Part shown: piece by piece, positions 17,320 to 27,405 of the stretch
Position numbering within the stretch: the stretch's first letter is position 1
How the letters are laid out: each line of letters starts with the position of its first letter
Assembly (NCBI GenBank): GCA_012270555.1
Contig: JAAXIC010000029.1
Location: forward strand, 11,601 to 75,600
From: Chloroflexota bacterium
GTDB taxonomy: Bacteria > Chloroflexota > UBA11872 > VXOZ01
Reading direction: 5' to 3'
Length of the DNA: 64,000 bases
The notes under the pieces: model-generated
The model's input: the letters and a program-made list of their open reading frames with translations, nothing else
What the model was told of the DNA's origin: nothing
Databases searched by the model: none
Program-made: the position numbers and the translations under genes

Positions 17320-18432
17320 TCAACGTGCCAAATCCGAGAACCGGTTGGGATTCCAGTGGGCCACCGGTCGGGTAGTCTTGCCCGTGGTTAGGAGGTCTCG
17401 GATTATCTCGGCGGTCATGGGCGCTTGTTGGATACCCAGCTTGTGGTGACCGACGGCGTAGTAGTAGCCGGGGAGAGCAGAGGGCCCAACCAGTGGATAG
17501 CCGTCGGGGCTAAAGGGGCGGAAACCCGACCAGAGTTCTGCGATAGTGCCCGCCGCTAGGTCGGGAATAGCTTCGATGGCGGCGTGGAGTATATCCTGGA
17601 TCGCGCCGGCCGTATTGCGCCGGTCGTAACCTACCTTTTCGGTCGTTGCACCCAGCACAATGCGTCCGCTCTTGCGCGGGATGATGATGTACTGCGGCAG
17701 GTTGATGAGGTGGCTGAGCGCGACGGTATCCGCATGCAGGGAGAGCATCTGGCCGCGCTCCGGCTGCACGGGGATATGTTCCGGTGCTCCCTGCAGCGTG
17801 CCACCCCAACTGCCGGCCGCGTTGACGACCGCTCCAGCCTGGAACACCTGGTTTGCCGTGCGCACGCCGGTGACCCTGCCATTTTCGACGTGTAGTGCCT
17901 GGGCGTCGCAGCCGGCGAAGATGCTGACTCCCGTCTTGCGCGCGCCTACTTCCAAAGCGCGCAATAGGCGCCGGTTTTCGATATTTGCGCATGATGTCAC
18001 CATGCCGAGGGTAACCGGCAACGTGACCTCCGGTTGGCGTCTCCGCACCTCATCAGGTGGGATGAACTCACATCCAAGATCTGCCCCATCCAATTGGGGC
18101 TGCAGCGCGCGCATGTTCGCTTCATCTTCCGCAGTCAGGGCAAGATGGAGGGCGGGGTGACGCACCGCCTCGATGTCGATGCCAGTCTCGTCGGCGAGCA
18201 CGGGGGCCAACGTAAGCAGCATCTCGCTGCCCTCCACCCGCAGCGCAAAATCGTCAATGCTCTCATAGGGATAGGGTCGGCTCATCAGCACACCCGCGGA
18301 CGCCCAAGAAGCTTCCTTGCCAACCGCGCTGCGTTCGAGCAGCGCCACGGAAAGGCCGGCGGCCCGCACGGCGCGCGCGATCATGAGACCGATGATACCG
18401 GCGCCGATGACTACAACATCGTAGGTTTCCAT
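17320..18432 (-). CDS. thiO: FAD-dependent glycine oxidase / D-amino-acid oxidase family protein (ThiO-like)
   Basis: Rossmann dinucleotide motif METYDVVVIGAGIIGLMIA; conserved blocks IIIPRKSGRIVLGATTEKVGYD and SGFRPFSPDGYPLVG matching B. subtilis ThiO. ATG at 18432 preferred over TTG at 18456. Confidence 0.7.
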   Translation of the reverse strand: METYDVVVIGAGIIGLMIARAVRAAGLSVALLERSAVGKEASWASAGVLMSRPYPYESIDDFALRVEGSEMLLTLAPVLADETGIDIEAVRHPALHLALTAEDEANMRALQPQLDGADLGCEFIPPDEVRRRQPEVTLPVTLGMVTSCANIENRRLLRALEVGARKTGVSIFAGCDAQALHVENGRVTGVRTANQVFQAGAVVNAAGSWGGTLQGAPEHIPVQPERGQMLSLHADTVALSHLINLPQYIIIPRKSGRIVLGATTEKVGYDRRNTAGAIQDILHAAIEAIPDLAAGTIAELWSGFRPFSPDGYPLVGPSALPGYYYAVGHHKLGIQQAPMTAEIIRDLLTTGKTTRPVAHWNPNRFSDLAR

Positions 18433-18741
18433 CCTGGTCTTTAGCCCCTCACACAAAGTCCGATGCTTTGATGAATCCTCTAGCCTTCAATTCTACTCTA
18501 CTTGTGCCGCTGTGTTCCGCCCTTGTAGCTTCACTCCCGTGTAGTCTCCAAGGTCTGGAAGGAGCTTCATGTAGTCCCCTCGCGGCTTAGGATCTTGGCA
18601 AGACTACGGTATGAGTTGCTTAGTCCCCCTTACTAGGCTTGTATAAGTCCACTAGGTCTGATTGTGGCATAATCGAACAGGTTGCAACGCAGCTTGTCTC
18701 CCATTCACAATACTTTGGAGCAAATATCAGGGGACTCGTGC

Positions 18742-19623
18742 ATGCCGGAGAAAGTGCTCTTCGACACGGACATTGGCACTGACATCGATGACGCGGTGTG
18801 TCTGGCATACCTGTTGGCCCAGCCCGCGTGCGAATTGCTTGGCATTACAACGGTGAGCGGTGAGGCAACCAAGCGCGCCATGCTGGCGAGCGCCTTGTGC
18901 CGGGCGGCCGGCAGGGATATACCGATCCACCCTGGCGCGGAAGAACCGTTGCTCATTGCGCAGAGGCAACCTCAGGCGCAGCAGGCGGACGCACTAGGTG
19001 ATTGGTCGCACAGTAGCACGTTTCCGCAAGGCTCTGCCGTGGAATTCTTGCGCCAAACTATTCGCGCGCATCCCGGTGAGGTAACCTTGCTCGCAGTCGG
19101 CCCGCTGACCAATGTCGGTCTCCTCTTTCGCACAGACCCTGAGATTCCCAGTTTGCTAAAGGCTTTGGTGCTCATGTGCGGCCAGTTCTTTGGGCGTGCG
19201 TCGGGACGAGGTCCGGTGGAATGGAACGCCTCGTGCGATCCTCATGCCGCGGCCATTGTCTACCAGAGTACGGTTGCAACCCATCGGTCACACGGCCTCG
19301 ACGTCACCCGGCAGGTCCGCATGCCCGCGAGTGAAGTCCGGGCACGCTTTCAAGCCCCGTTACTGCGCCCGGTGGCGGCGTTTGCTGAGGTCTTCTTCCG
19401 GCGTCGCGACGAAATCACGTTCCACGATCCGCTCGCGGCCACCACGATCTTTGACAGCAGTATTTGCACGTTTGCACACGGCACCGTGCAGGTGGAGCTT
19501 GAGAGCCGGCAGCTTGCGGGCTTCATGCACTGGCAGGCAGACACTGCCACCGGCCTACATCAGGTAGCAGATACGGTAGACCCCAGTCGTTTCTTTGCGC
19601 ACTATTTCTCAGTTTTCAACTAA
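18742..19623 (+). CDS. nucleoside hydrolase (IU-NH family)
   Basis: N-terminal [11 protein letters not shown] (DxDxxxDD) motif. RBS AGGGGA 7 nt upstream of ATG 18742; ORF-track start 18682 adds non-conserved leader. Confidence 0.8.
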   Translation: MPEKVLFDTDIGTDIDDAVCLAYLLAQPACELLGITTVSGEATKRAMLASALCRAAGRDIPIHPGAEEPLLIAQRQPQAQQADALGDWSHSSTFPQGSAVEFLRQTIRAHPGEVTLLAVGPLTNVGLLFRTDPEIPSLLKALVLMCGQFFGRASGRGPVEWNASCDPHAAAIVYQSTVATHRSHGLDVTRQVRMPASEVRARFQAPLLRPVAAFAEVFFRRRDEITFHDPLAATTIFDSSICTFAHGTVQVELESRQLAGFMHWQADTATGLHQVADTVDPSRFFAHYFSVFN

Positions 19624-19633
19624 GGAGAACAGC

Positions 19634-20110
19634 ATGTTCCAAGGGAAAGTACTCGGCATCTACACCGCCCCGGCTCGGAAGGAGCCCATGGTGTCGCAGC
19701 AGGAAGTTCACGTAGTTCCAGGCAAAGGCATTGAGGGCGACCGCTACTATATTGGAAACGCTACATATTCCGATCGTGCGGGTCCTCACCGGGAAATCAC
19801 ACTGATAGAGCGTGAGAGTCTCGACGCGCTCGAGCGAGAGTATGGGTATAGCCTTGAACCCGAGCTTTCGCGTCGCAACGTCTTGGTCTCCGGCGTGCCG
19901 CTCAACCACCTCATCGAGCGGGAGTTTACGCTTGGCGACGTGCGCTTGCGCGGCCTCCTCCTCTGCGAACCCTGCGCGAACTTGGCGGAGACCAGCGGCC
20001 GCTCCAACATCATCAATCACCTCTTGCATCGCGGCGGCCTGCGTGCTGAGATACTGACTGAAGGCACGATTAGCGTTGGTGCGGATATCCTGCCGGCTGG
20101 GGAAGACTAG
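19634..20110 (+). CDS. MOSC domain-containing protein
   Basis: AAGGAGA RBS 5 nt upstream of ATG 19634. MOSC beta-barrel features (VVPGKGIEGDRY…; conserved Cys in LLLCEPCANL). Confidence 0.7.
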   Translation: MFQGKVLGIYTAPARKEPMVSQQEVHVVPGKGIEGDRYYIGNATYSDRAGPHREITLIERESLDALEREYGYSLEPELSRRNVLVSGVPLNHLIEREFTLGDVRLRGLLLCEPCANLAETSGRSNIINHLLHRGGLRAEILTEGTISVGADILPAGED

Positions 20111-20154
20111 GCCGTGAAAGCGGCATTTGCGGTATTCGACCACATCTCCAAGTG

Positions 20155-20925
20155 CTATCCAGTCCTATACCCCAATGTGCCGCCGCCGTCGGCGTAGAGT
20201 TCCGTGCCTGTCAGGAAGGTCGCTTCATCCGAGACGAGAAAGAGCGCGGCGTCGGCCATCTGTTGTGGTGTCGAAATGTACCCCAGTGGGGCCCGCGCGG
20301 AAACGCTGGCTCGCGCCGCGTCCGGGTCGGGCTGCATGTTCAGAAAGCTCTCAAACAGCGGCGTGTTCACACTCGACGGACAGAGTGAGTTGGCCCGGAC
20401 GCCGTATTGGGCGCAATCCAATGCCAGGGCTCGCGTAAAGGCGATCACCCCGCCCTTCGACGTACAGTAGGCTATCGAGTGCGGTTGCGCGTGCACGCCG
20501 ACCATCGAGGCGATATTCAGGATGTTCCCGCGTGTCTCTTTCAAAGCGGGCAGCGCGTGTTTGCACGTCCAGAGCAGGCTCTTGAGGTTGATGTTCATAA
20601 TGTAGTCCCACTCAGCCTCGGTCGTGCCTTCCACGTCCTTGTCCACGTACACTGCCGCATTGTTCACGAGAATGTGCAATTCCCCAAACGCGTCCAGTGT
20701 GCCTTGCAGCATGCCGCACACATCGTTCTCGGAGGCAACGTCTGCCTTGAAGGCGTGCGCCTGCCCGCCCGCCTCCTGAATGGCGGAAGCTACGCGCTCA
20801 GCGCCCTCCTGATTGAGGTCTACGACGGCTATGGCCGCACCCTCGGTGGCAAAGCGCAAGGCCATTGCTTCCCCAATGCCGCTGCCGCTGCCCGTAATCA
20901 GGGCAACTTTGTCTTTTAGTCTCAT
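20155..20925 (-). CDS. SDR family NAD(P)-dependent oxidoreductase
   Basis: TGSGSGIG cofactor motif, NNAA, catalytic YCTSK. AAGGAG RBS 8 nt upstream of ATG at 20925. Confidence 0.85.
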   Translation of the reverse strand: MRLKDKVALITGSGSGIGEAMALRFATEGAAIAVVDLNQEGAERVASAIQEAGGQAHAFKADVASENDVCGMLQGTLDAFGELHILVNNAAVYVDKDVEGTTEAEWDYIMNINLKSLLWTCKHALPALKETRGNILNIASMVGVHAQPHSIAYCTSKGGVIAFTRALALDCAQYGVRANSLCPSSVNTPLFESFLNMQPDPDAARASVSARAPLGYISTPQQMADAALFLVSDEATFLTGTELYADGGGTLGYRTG

Positions 20926-21245
20926 ACTCACGCTCCTTGAAAATCGCTGAAAGAGTCTTTACTCCACATAACTATCGCGCAAATCGCAAACGCGCTCTCA
21001 AGCAATTATACCGAGAAGAATCGAGCCTCATGTTGTTGGAGCAAGGAGCGCATAGTCCTTAATTGACGATCATTTACGCAGACAGTAGCATGCACTAGAA
21101 GCAATGCCCCGGACACTTTGGTGGCGGGGCAATTTCCCGATCTGTTGGATTACCAAAACTGGGTCTGTAGGCCCCGTGGTTGTCTTTCACCGTATCGTAC
21201 GCACAAGACCGAATTCGTCTCTCACGACACCATGAGCAAGGCAAC

Positions 21246-22451
21246 ATGAGCGGAACCCTCGTCGTCGGACAGTCCGGTGGATCGACCGCCACACTAAGCA
21301 ACACGCTGGCGGGTGTGCTTGCAGCAGCACTGCAGAGCGGTGCCGTAGACCGTATGTATGGTATGTGCAACGGCATAGAGGGCTTACTGCACGAACGGTT
21401 CGTAGACCTGTCCAACACGCCGGCACGGCTCCTCGATGCGCTCCGGCAGACTCCTTCTGCTGCTCTCGGTTCCTGTCGCTATGGCTTGACGGAATCGGAC
21501 GCCGAGCGCGCATTGGATGTGCTCAAGGCCCATGACGTGCGGTACTTTATCTACATAGGCGGCAATGGCTCGGCCCTCACCGTGCAAGCGGTCAATCGCT
21601 GGGCGCAGACGAGCGGCTATGATTTGCACGCCATCGCTGTGCCCAAGACCATTGACAATGATCTTTGGGGCACGGATCACACCCCCGGCTACGGCAGCGC
21701 GGCACGGTTTGCGGCGCTCGCCGCGCTGGACGGCGGCTCCGATTCCTGGGCGCTGCGTACCCACGACCACGTCAAAATTCTGGAGACGTTTGGCAGGAAT
21801 ACGGGATGGGTAACTGCCGCGACTGCGCTGGCCAAGCGGGAAGAGGCCGACCCGCCCCATCTCATTTATGTTCCCGAACGACCGCTTACTCAGGAGCGCT
21901 TCCTGCGGGAGGTCCAAGCTGCCTATGACCGTTTCGGGTACGTCCACGTCGCCGTCTGCGAAGGGCTGCGCCGACCGGACGGCGAACTCCTGTTTGCGTC
22001 GAATCGCCTCGTTGACCGGGATGCGTTCGGTAGGGGCCAACTTGGGGGCGTGAGCACGCTCCTTGCCGAATTAGTCGCAAGCGAGTTGGGACTGAAGAGC
22101 CGCACCGACAAGCCCGGTACAATGCAGCGCGCGTGTATGTCGCTCGCTTCCTCGGTAGACCTTGAGGAATCCTATCGTGTTGGCAAAGCCGCGGTGGATG
22201 CGGCAGTCTCCGGCGCAACGGCTAAGATGATTACCTTGGAACGAGAGCCTGGCCCGGAATACGCGGTCACTACCGGTCTCATTGCCGTGGACGACGTCGC
22301 GGGCAAAGAGCGACCGCTCCCTGACGCGTATCTCAATGAAACGGGCAACTATGTAACCACGGCATTCCTGGACTACGTGCGGCCGCTGATTGGCGCGCCG
22401 CTGCCGGAATACGTGCGCCTGGGCACTCCGACGGTATCCAAACAGGCCTAG
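21246..22451 (+). CDS. pfk: 6-phosphofructokinase (group III; ATP- or PPi-dependent cannot be decided)
   Basis: GGNGS, PKTIDNDL and other PFK blocks present; Lys in PKTIDND is PPi-PFK-like while GGNGS is ATP-like. ATG 21246 (MSGTLVVGQSGG) chosen over ORF-track 21180. Confidence 0.75.
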   Translation: MSGTLVVGQSGGSTATLSNTLAGVLAAALQSGAVDRMYGMCNGIEGLLHERFVDLSNTPARLLDALRQTPSAALGSCRYGLTESDAERALDVLKAHDVRYFIYIGGNGSALTVQAVNRWAQTSGYDLHAIAVPKTIDNDLWGTDHTPGYGSAARFAALAALDGGSDSWALRTHDHVKILETFGRNTGWVTAATALAKREEADPPHLIYVPERPLTQERFLREVQAAYDRFGYVHVAVCEGLRRPDGELLFASNRLVDRDAFGRGQLGGVSTLLAELVASELGLKSRTDKPGTMQRACMSLASSVDLEESYRVGKAAVDAAVSGATAKMITLEREPGPEYAVTTGLIAVDDVAGKERPLPDAYLNETGNYVTTAFLDYVRPLIGAPLPEYVRLGTPTVSKQA

Positions 22452-22545
22452 GATTGAGACCACTTGAGGCAACCTGCTTGAGTCTAATGGATGCCATTGT
22501 GCCGATCAGCTACCCTCCAGGCAAGAGAGACGATACTACGTGAAG

Positions 22546-23730
22546 ATGCTGCGTTTTCTTGCGCGGCCTGCGGCCGGGCTGCCGCGCACCGTAATCATCC
22601 TCAGCGCAGGCTTCTTCTTTGTTTTCATGGGCGCCAGCGCCTTCCAGCAATTCCTCATCCCCTATCTCACGGACAAAGGGGTAACAAGCGCTTTCCAGGC
22701 AGCTACCGTACTTGCATTGGTATACATTTCCTTTCTCGTGTGGCGGGCGGTGGTCGCGTATACCCTCTACTACCTGGGCGAGTACTGGAGTACGGTCTTG
22801 GGCGCGGCCACGTACTCGCTCTTTGCCATCGCCGCCTTTGCGCTCAATCGCTTCGAACTCCTGCTGCTTGCCGCCGCGATGTGGGGGTGGGGCGCCGCGG
22901 CCATGTGGATCTCGAGCACCACCCAACTGCTCGATGCTACCGCCGACACACACTATGGCCGCGCTAACGGCCTGCTGTACACGGCGACCACCGGCGGGCA
23001 AGCCATTGGCGTACTCTTGCTCGGGGCGCTCATGAGCGTTACGAGCGTGGAATTCGGCCCACCAGTCGCGGCTGCTATCACGGGGATTGGTGTCGCAACC
23101 TTTCTCTTTCTGCCCTACCAACATACGAAGCGCGTAAAACCCCGGCTGGCCCCGATTTTCCAAGTATTGACCGTGCCAAGGACCGGCCTCGCCGCACTCT
23201 TTCTCTTTCTTTCCTCCCTCGCCTTTGGACTCATCCTGGGCAGCTTCAGCCAGATCATCGGCAGCGGTCAGGGACACGGTATGCTTGCACTTATTACTGC
23301 TGGATATTGGATCGTGCGGATCTTTGGCAGCTACGCGGGCGGCTTCATCGCGGATTGGCTTGGCCGCGAGCAGGTTCTTATACTCTCATTCAGCGTGGCC
23401 GGTTTGGGTCTGCTCCTGCCGACGTTCTTTGGCGGGACGGTTACCCTGAGCATTGCGGCGCTGGCAATGGGATTGCTCAACAGCACGGTGCCGGTGGCGA
23501 CCAATGCCATGATCGGCGACCTCACTACCTTCAGCAACCGCCACCTCGCAATCGCGTCGCTCTTCGTCTGGCGGGACCTTGGCGTGGGCATCGCCATCCT
23601 GGCGGGAGCGGCCATCATCTCACTCATTGGCAGCGAACAGGTGATCTTTGGGATCTTTGGTGTGGCGTTCTTGGTCTCCGCCGGCTTTGCCTACTGGCTC
23701 AAAGGACAGCCCGTTGTGAAGATGGCCTAA
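22546..23730 (+). CDS. MFS transporter
   Basis: About 12 predicted TM helices, hydrophobic throughout; ATG 22546 two codons after GTG 22540. Confidence 0.75.
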   Translation: MLRFLARPAAGLPRTVIILSAGFFFVFMGASAFQQFLIPYLTDKGVTSAFQAATVLALVYISFLVWRAVVAYTLYYLGEYWSTVLGAATYSLFAIAAFALNRFELLLLAAAMWGWGAAAMWISSTTQLLDATADTHYGRANGLLYTATTGGQAIGVLLLGALMSVTSVEFGPPVAAAITGIGVATFLFLPYQHTKRVKPRLAPIFQVLTVPRTGLAALFLFLSSLAFGLILGSFSQIIGSGQGHGMLALITAGYWIVRIFGSYAGGFIADWLGREQVLILSFSVAGLGLLLPTFFGGTVTLSIAALAMGLLNSTVPVATNAMIGDLTTFSNRHLAIASLFVWRDLGVGIAILAGAAIISLIGSEQVIFGIFGVAFLVSAGFAYWLKGQPVVKMA

Positions 23731-23811
23731 GGTCCCTTTGGAACCGCTTGGTGCTGCGAAGACGGTGCTTGACTGCCACTATGCGCACGTTTCAGCGGTG
23801 GAGCAAGCAAC

Positions 23812-23860
23812 GCAAAAAAAAAGACAGAGTGGCATGCTTGCCATTCTGTCTCTCTAAAGA
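23812..23860. terminator. bidirectional intrinsic terminator between convergent MFS and fmdB genes
   Basis: A9 tract, hairpin GACAGAGTGGCA-tgcttgcc-ATTCTGTC (about 10/12 bp stem), then TCTCTCT run. Confidence 0.5.
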
Positions 23861-23916
23861 AAAGCCTTGGTCAAGAGTGAATCACGGACACTGTGCCTGT
23901 TAGGGACACGAAAAGG

Positions 23917-24234
23917 TCAGTCGTCTTTAGCCGACGAGGACTTCGATTCGCCGCCAGAGTCTGAGTTGGCCGTGCCTGCCGCCTTGGACTCGGCTTTGTC
24001 CTTTGCCGGAGCCTCTTTGGGTTTTGGACTGCCGTTATTCTCGCTCTTGCCATTATCCGTACGGTTATCGGTTACGTACCAGCCGCTCCCTTTGAAGATC
24101 ACGCTCGCGGGATGGAACACTTTACGCACTGCCCCATTGCACTCAGGGCAGTTCGTCACCGGAGGATCGCTGAACCGCTGTTGCCGCTCAAAACGATAGG
24201 TACAGGCATCACACGCATATTCGTACAACGGCAT
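23917..24234 (-). CDS. FmdB-family zinc-ribbon protein with low-complexity C-terminal tail
   Basis: MPLYEYACDACTYRF…CPECNG: two CxxC pairs typical of FmdB putative regulatory zinc ribbon. Tail is K/S/A/E/D-rich. Confidence 0.7.
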   Translation of the reverse strand: MPLYEYACDACTYRFERQQRFSDPPVTNCPECNGAVRKVFHPASVIFKGSGWYVTDNRTDNGKSENNGSPKPKEAPAKDKAESKAAGTANSDSGGESKSSSAKDD

Positions 24235-24482
24235 TGAATTCACATACCTCCACAGTCAGGTCTTGCGCTTTCGCTTTTCGTCTCGTGTTACAGGCAGTCT
24301 GCTATCGCCAGAAGATTTCAGTTTGCCGCGTCCATGCTCACATACGGACGTATAGCGCAATTCGCCTGAGCATTCTTGATTGTCAACGCAATTACAACGC
24401 AGCAAAGGCTAAATGCGCCTAAAGAGAACCATTTACAATCAAGTTCCAAGTATACCACTCACGGCAGGATTCGGTGAGGCGC

Positions 24483-25457
24483 CTAGGATGCTTCGGGCAG
24501 GTGCAGCGCAAGCGTTTCTAAAGCAAGACGGACATTGACGTTTGCGCGCACCCACTCGCGCGCTTCATCGATGCGCTTGATCACGCTTACGGCTTCCTGG
24601 GGAGAAATACTGAGTTCGACATCATGGCCCATGGCAGGACGGTTATCACTGTCGTGATCCGACACACCCGCTTGTACCAAGAGGAAAGAGCGCCACCATT
24701 CACTCCAAAGATCGAACAAGCGGTCTATGTCTGACACATCGTCCAAGAGATGGTCAATAAGCTCCATGCGAGAAGCGCGGTCGGCGCGAAGAGTCTGAAT
24801 GAGTAAGCGTACGAGAGATTCCTCTCGCTCGCGCAGTTCCGGGTCCATACTTGCAGCGATCGCCCACCCCATGCGTCCCAAGCTTGCTGCAGCGAGAAAC
24901 GCCGCGTCTGGCTGCGACACGCCTCGCCGTTCTAACTCAGATTGGACCAGGCGTCGCGGCAGTCCGGTGAGACGCCACACTTGGCAGCGCGAAAGCAGAG
25001 TCTGCGGCATGAGGTGTGTGGAAGAAGCCGTGAGGATCAGCGTGTTGTGCGCGGGTGGCTCCTCTAGGGTCTTGAGAAGGCGCTGGCTCGCTTCAGGTTG
25101 GAGCAGGTGTGCGTCGAGAATGACTGAGACGCGCTGCACCGCTTGGTAGGGACGCAAAGCGACCGCCTGTTGCAGCGCGGCAACTTGCTCCATGCGAATG
25201 GACCTGCGTCCTTCTTCCAACTCCACCAGATGAAGGTCGGGATGTTGGAGACGCGCCACTCCCTTGCACTGTATGCACTCCCAACACGGGTCGTTAGGCT
25301 GAACTTCGCACAGCAGCGCGGCGGTCAGGTCGAGCGCCAGCGTCCACTTGCCCACCGCTGCCGGGCCGGTAAAGAGGATGGCATGCCCCAGAGCGTCTTG
25401 GGCAAGTGCGCGTTGCAGGAAACGCTGCACCCGTTCATGACCAACCGTACGCCACAT
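24483..25457 (-). CDS. holB: DNA polymerase III subunit delta-prime
   Basis: N-terminal HAILFTGPAAVGKWTLALDLTAALLC (AAA+ clamp-loader P-loop-like region), zinc module CWECIQC, SRC motif (LLSRCQVWRL). Confidence 0.75.
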   Translation of the reverse strand: MWRTVGHERVQRFLQRALAQDALGHAILFTGPAAVGKWTLALDLTAALLCEVQPNDPCWECIQCKGVARLQHPDLHLVELEEGRRSIRMEQVAALQQAVALRPYQAVQRVSVILDAHLLQPEASQRLLKTLEEPPAHNTLILTASSTHLMPQTLLSRCQVWRLTGLPRRLVQSELERRGVSQPDAAFLAAASLGRMGWAIAASMDPELREREESLVRLLIQTLRADRASRMELIDHLLDDVSDIDRLFDLWSEWWRSFLLVQAGVSDHDSDNRPAMGHDVELSISPQEAVSVIKRIDEAREWVRANVNVRLALETLALHLPEAS

Positions 25458-25469
25458 GTTCTGAATCTT

Positions 25470-26705
25470 CTAGGTGCAATGAATCTCAGCGATGAAGTCC
25501 GCCCAGCTTGGCGAAAGCTGAGACTCCACGACATATCCGTTCAGAATCTCCTCGTAGGATTTGGCGTTGTACGTGCCTGCGGGACCCCATAGCGCCTGCC
25601 ACAGTGCCGCTTCAATGCGCAGCCCGTCGGCAACCAGTTGCTTGCAGGTCTCACGGGTGTGTTCCAAGGGTACCGGTGAGAGTGCATGTGCTTCCAGATA
25701 CGTAGCCAAGTGAGCCAATACGGCCGCGACTGCCTCGTAACGCGCATCTTTCAACGCCGGATGTAAGTAGATCAGCACCCAATTGCCGATACGCAACGCC
25801 GCAGTGTCGAGAAGGTCCGGCGCGTATCCGATTATGGCATGGTCGAGGTGATGAACGAGGTGAGCCGTTACTTCCTGTTCTGCAAGTAAGGACCGCACTT
25901 GGGCAAGCAAGGCGTCACTTGGTTTATCAAATGGATTAGGAACCGGCCGGTATGCATCCATTGGAATGAGATTGGCCTCTTTATAGAGTATTCCGGCAAA
26001 GACCTGCGTCACCGTGCCGGGTTTAGGTTGACCTGGAATGTCCTCGACCCAGCGTTGGAATGCGGCCCGTTGGAATCGTTGGACCACAAAAGGGCCTAGT
26101 TTCTGCGGATGGGACATAGGGAGTCCGTAAAGCAAGATAGAAATCTCCAGATTGCCGGGGACCAGGGGATTTTGCAGGAAGCGAGCAGCAATCTCTGGAT
26201 CAGTAAGCCAGGAGAGACGAATAGTACGAGACTCCGCAAACGTTGACCCACCGTCGTCCGTAATCGGCTGCGGAATGCCGCGGTCAAGAAGCCACTGCTC
26301 TAGTCCCGCATTGTCAAGAAGCTCAAAGGTATTGGCAAGTGAAATCTGGCCGGAAGACTTGTGCCAAACCAAGACTGCATATTGCAGGATCAGGTACATG
26401 TCTCCGGTGGTAGCGTCTGTGAAGGGAGAAGCCAACGGATAGCCTAATACGGGGCCGCCGCCAAGCGCCCGAAACATGACGTAGAACTGGGGGCCATCGG
26501 GAACATCAGGGATGACGTACCCGAAACCCTCGCCGTATCCGGCTGCCTCGCTATAGAAGCCCTGGCTTGGCGGATCGGTTTGGGAGAGCACGTTGCCCCT
26601 TGCCGCCGCAAAGGCGGGTGAAACACCGAAGAAGAAAAGCCAGAGAGCAACAAAGAGGCTAACACCGCAGCGCCGCCAGTTATCCAACAAGCGATTTCTT
26701 GGCAT
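25470..26705 (-). CDS. secreted hypothetical protein (signal peptide), function unknown
   Basis: N-terminal signal/TM (RRCGVSLFVALWLFFFGVSPAFAAARG). No recognizable motif. Start overlaps stop region of upstream BY-kinase gene by about 26 nt, implying co-transcription with the polysaccharide cluster. Confidence 0.5.
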   Translation of the reverse strand: MPRNRLLDNWRRCGVSLFVALWLFFFGVSPAFAAARGNVLSQTDPPSQGFYSEAAGYGEGFGYVIPDVPDGPQFYVMFRALGGGPVLGYPLASPFTDATTGDMYLILQYAVLVWHKSSGQISLANTFELLDNAGLEQWLLDRGIPQPITDDGGSTFAESRTIRLSWLTDPEIAARFLQNPLVPGNLEISILLYGLPMSHPQKLGPFVVQRFQRAAFQRWVEDIPGQPKPGTVTQVFAGILYKEANLIPMDAYRPVPNPFDKPSDALLAQVRSLLAEQEVTAHLVHHLDHAIIGYAPDLLDTAALRIGNWVLIYLHPALKDARYEAVAAVLAHLATYLEAHALSPVPLEHTRETCKQLVADGLRIEAALWQALWGPAGTYNAKSYEEILNGYVVESQLSPSWADFIAEIHCT

Positions 26706-27336
26706 TGGGATCATCGTTGAACACTACGCCAAGTACGTGCGCATCGATCTGCGCCAGCATCGCCTTGGCACGTTGGATTTGGTCGCGCCGCGCTTGATTG
26801 GCACGCACCACGAGGAGCACGCCGTCAACGTACCGCGCCAATGCCGCAGCGTCCGCGGTCGTGAGGAGCGGCGGAGTATCGAGGATGACGTGGTCGCTTG
26901 CAGCGGCAAGATCCGCGATTAAGTCGGCCATGCGCTGGGAGGCGAGCAGGTCAGGAGCATTTTCCGGTACGGCTCCGGCAGTAAGCAGATTCAGCCCTGC
27001 TGTGCCGCAGTTCTCGTGAAACGCTGGGCCGTCTGCGCCACCCAAGTAGTCGGCAAGCCCAGGTTCCTGTGAGACACCCAGCATGGTGTGCAGGCTGGGC
27101 GTGCGCAAGTTCGCATCGACAAGCGTAACGCGGAGACCCAATTGCGCCAAAGAGGACGCAAGACACGTCGAGACGAGGGACTTGCCTTCTTGCGGGCCCG
27201 CGCTGGTCACTACCAGCGCTTTCTGCGCGTGTTCCTCTGCCTGAAAGCGGATGGTGGTACGGAGGGAGCGGAAAGCCTCGAAAGCCGGGCTATTCGCTTC
27301 GAGTGCTCGCTGAAGTGATGAGGAGAGTTCCGTCAT
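26680..27336 (-). CDS. polysaccharide biosynthesis tyrosine autokinase (CpsD/CapB-type BY-kinase)
   Basis: Walker A VVTSAGPQEGKS, Walker A'/B region LVDANLRTPS…ILDTPPLL, MinD/ParA-like fold typical of CapB/CpsD. Confidence 0.8.
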   Translation of the reverse strand: MTELSSSLQRALEANSPAFEAFRSLRTTIRFQAEEHAQKALVVTSAGPQEGKSLVSTCLASSLAQLGLRVTLVDANLRTPSLHTMLGVSQEPGLADYLGGADGPAFHENCGTAGLNLLTAGAVPENAPDLLASQRMADLIADLAAASDHVILDTPPLLTTADAAALARYVDGVLLVVRANQARRDQIQRAKAMLAQIDAHVLGVVFNDDPNAKKSLVG

Positions 27337-27405
27337 AATTGTCCTTGCCTTATATCGTCAAGCGGCAATGCAGTGTTTACACAGTTAGTACACGTGTAGC
27401 CAAAT

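Noticed and set aside
18640-18680. Sigma70-like promoter (TGgCATAAT extended -10) upstream of the nucleoside hydrolase gene
   Set aside because: Extended -10 is plausible but no acceptable -35 at 16-19 nt spacing; too weak to list as a feature.
22510-23277. 255-aa minus-strand ORF inside MFS transporter gene
   Set aside because: Antisense to a clear 12-TM transporter; hydrophilic Gly/Arg/Glu-rich low-complexity translation.
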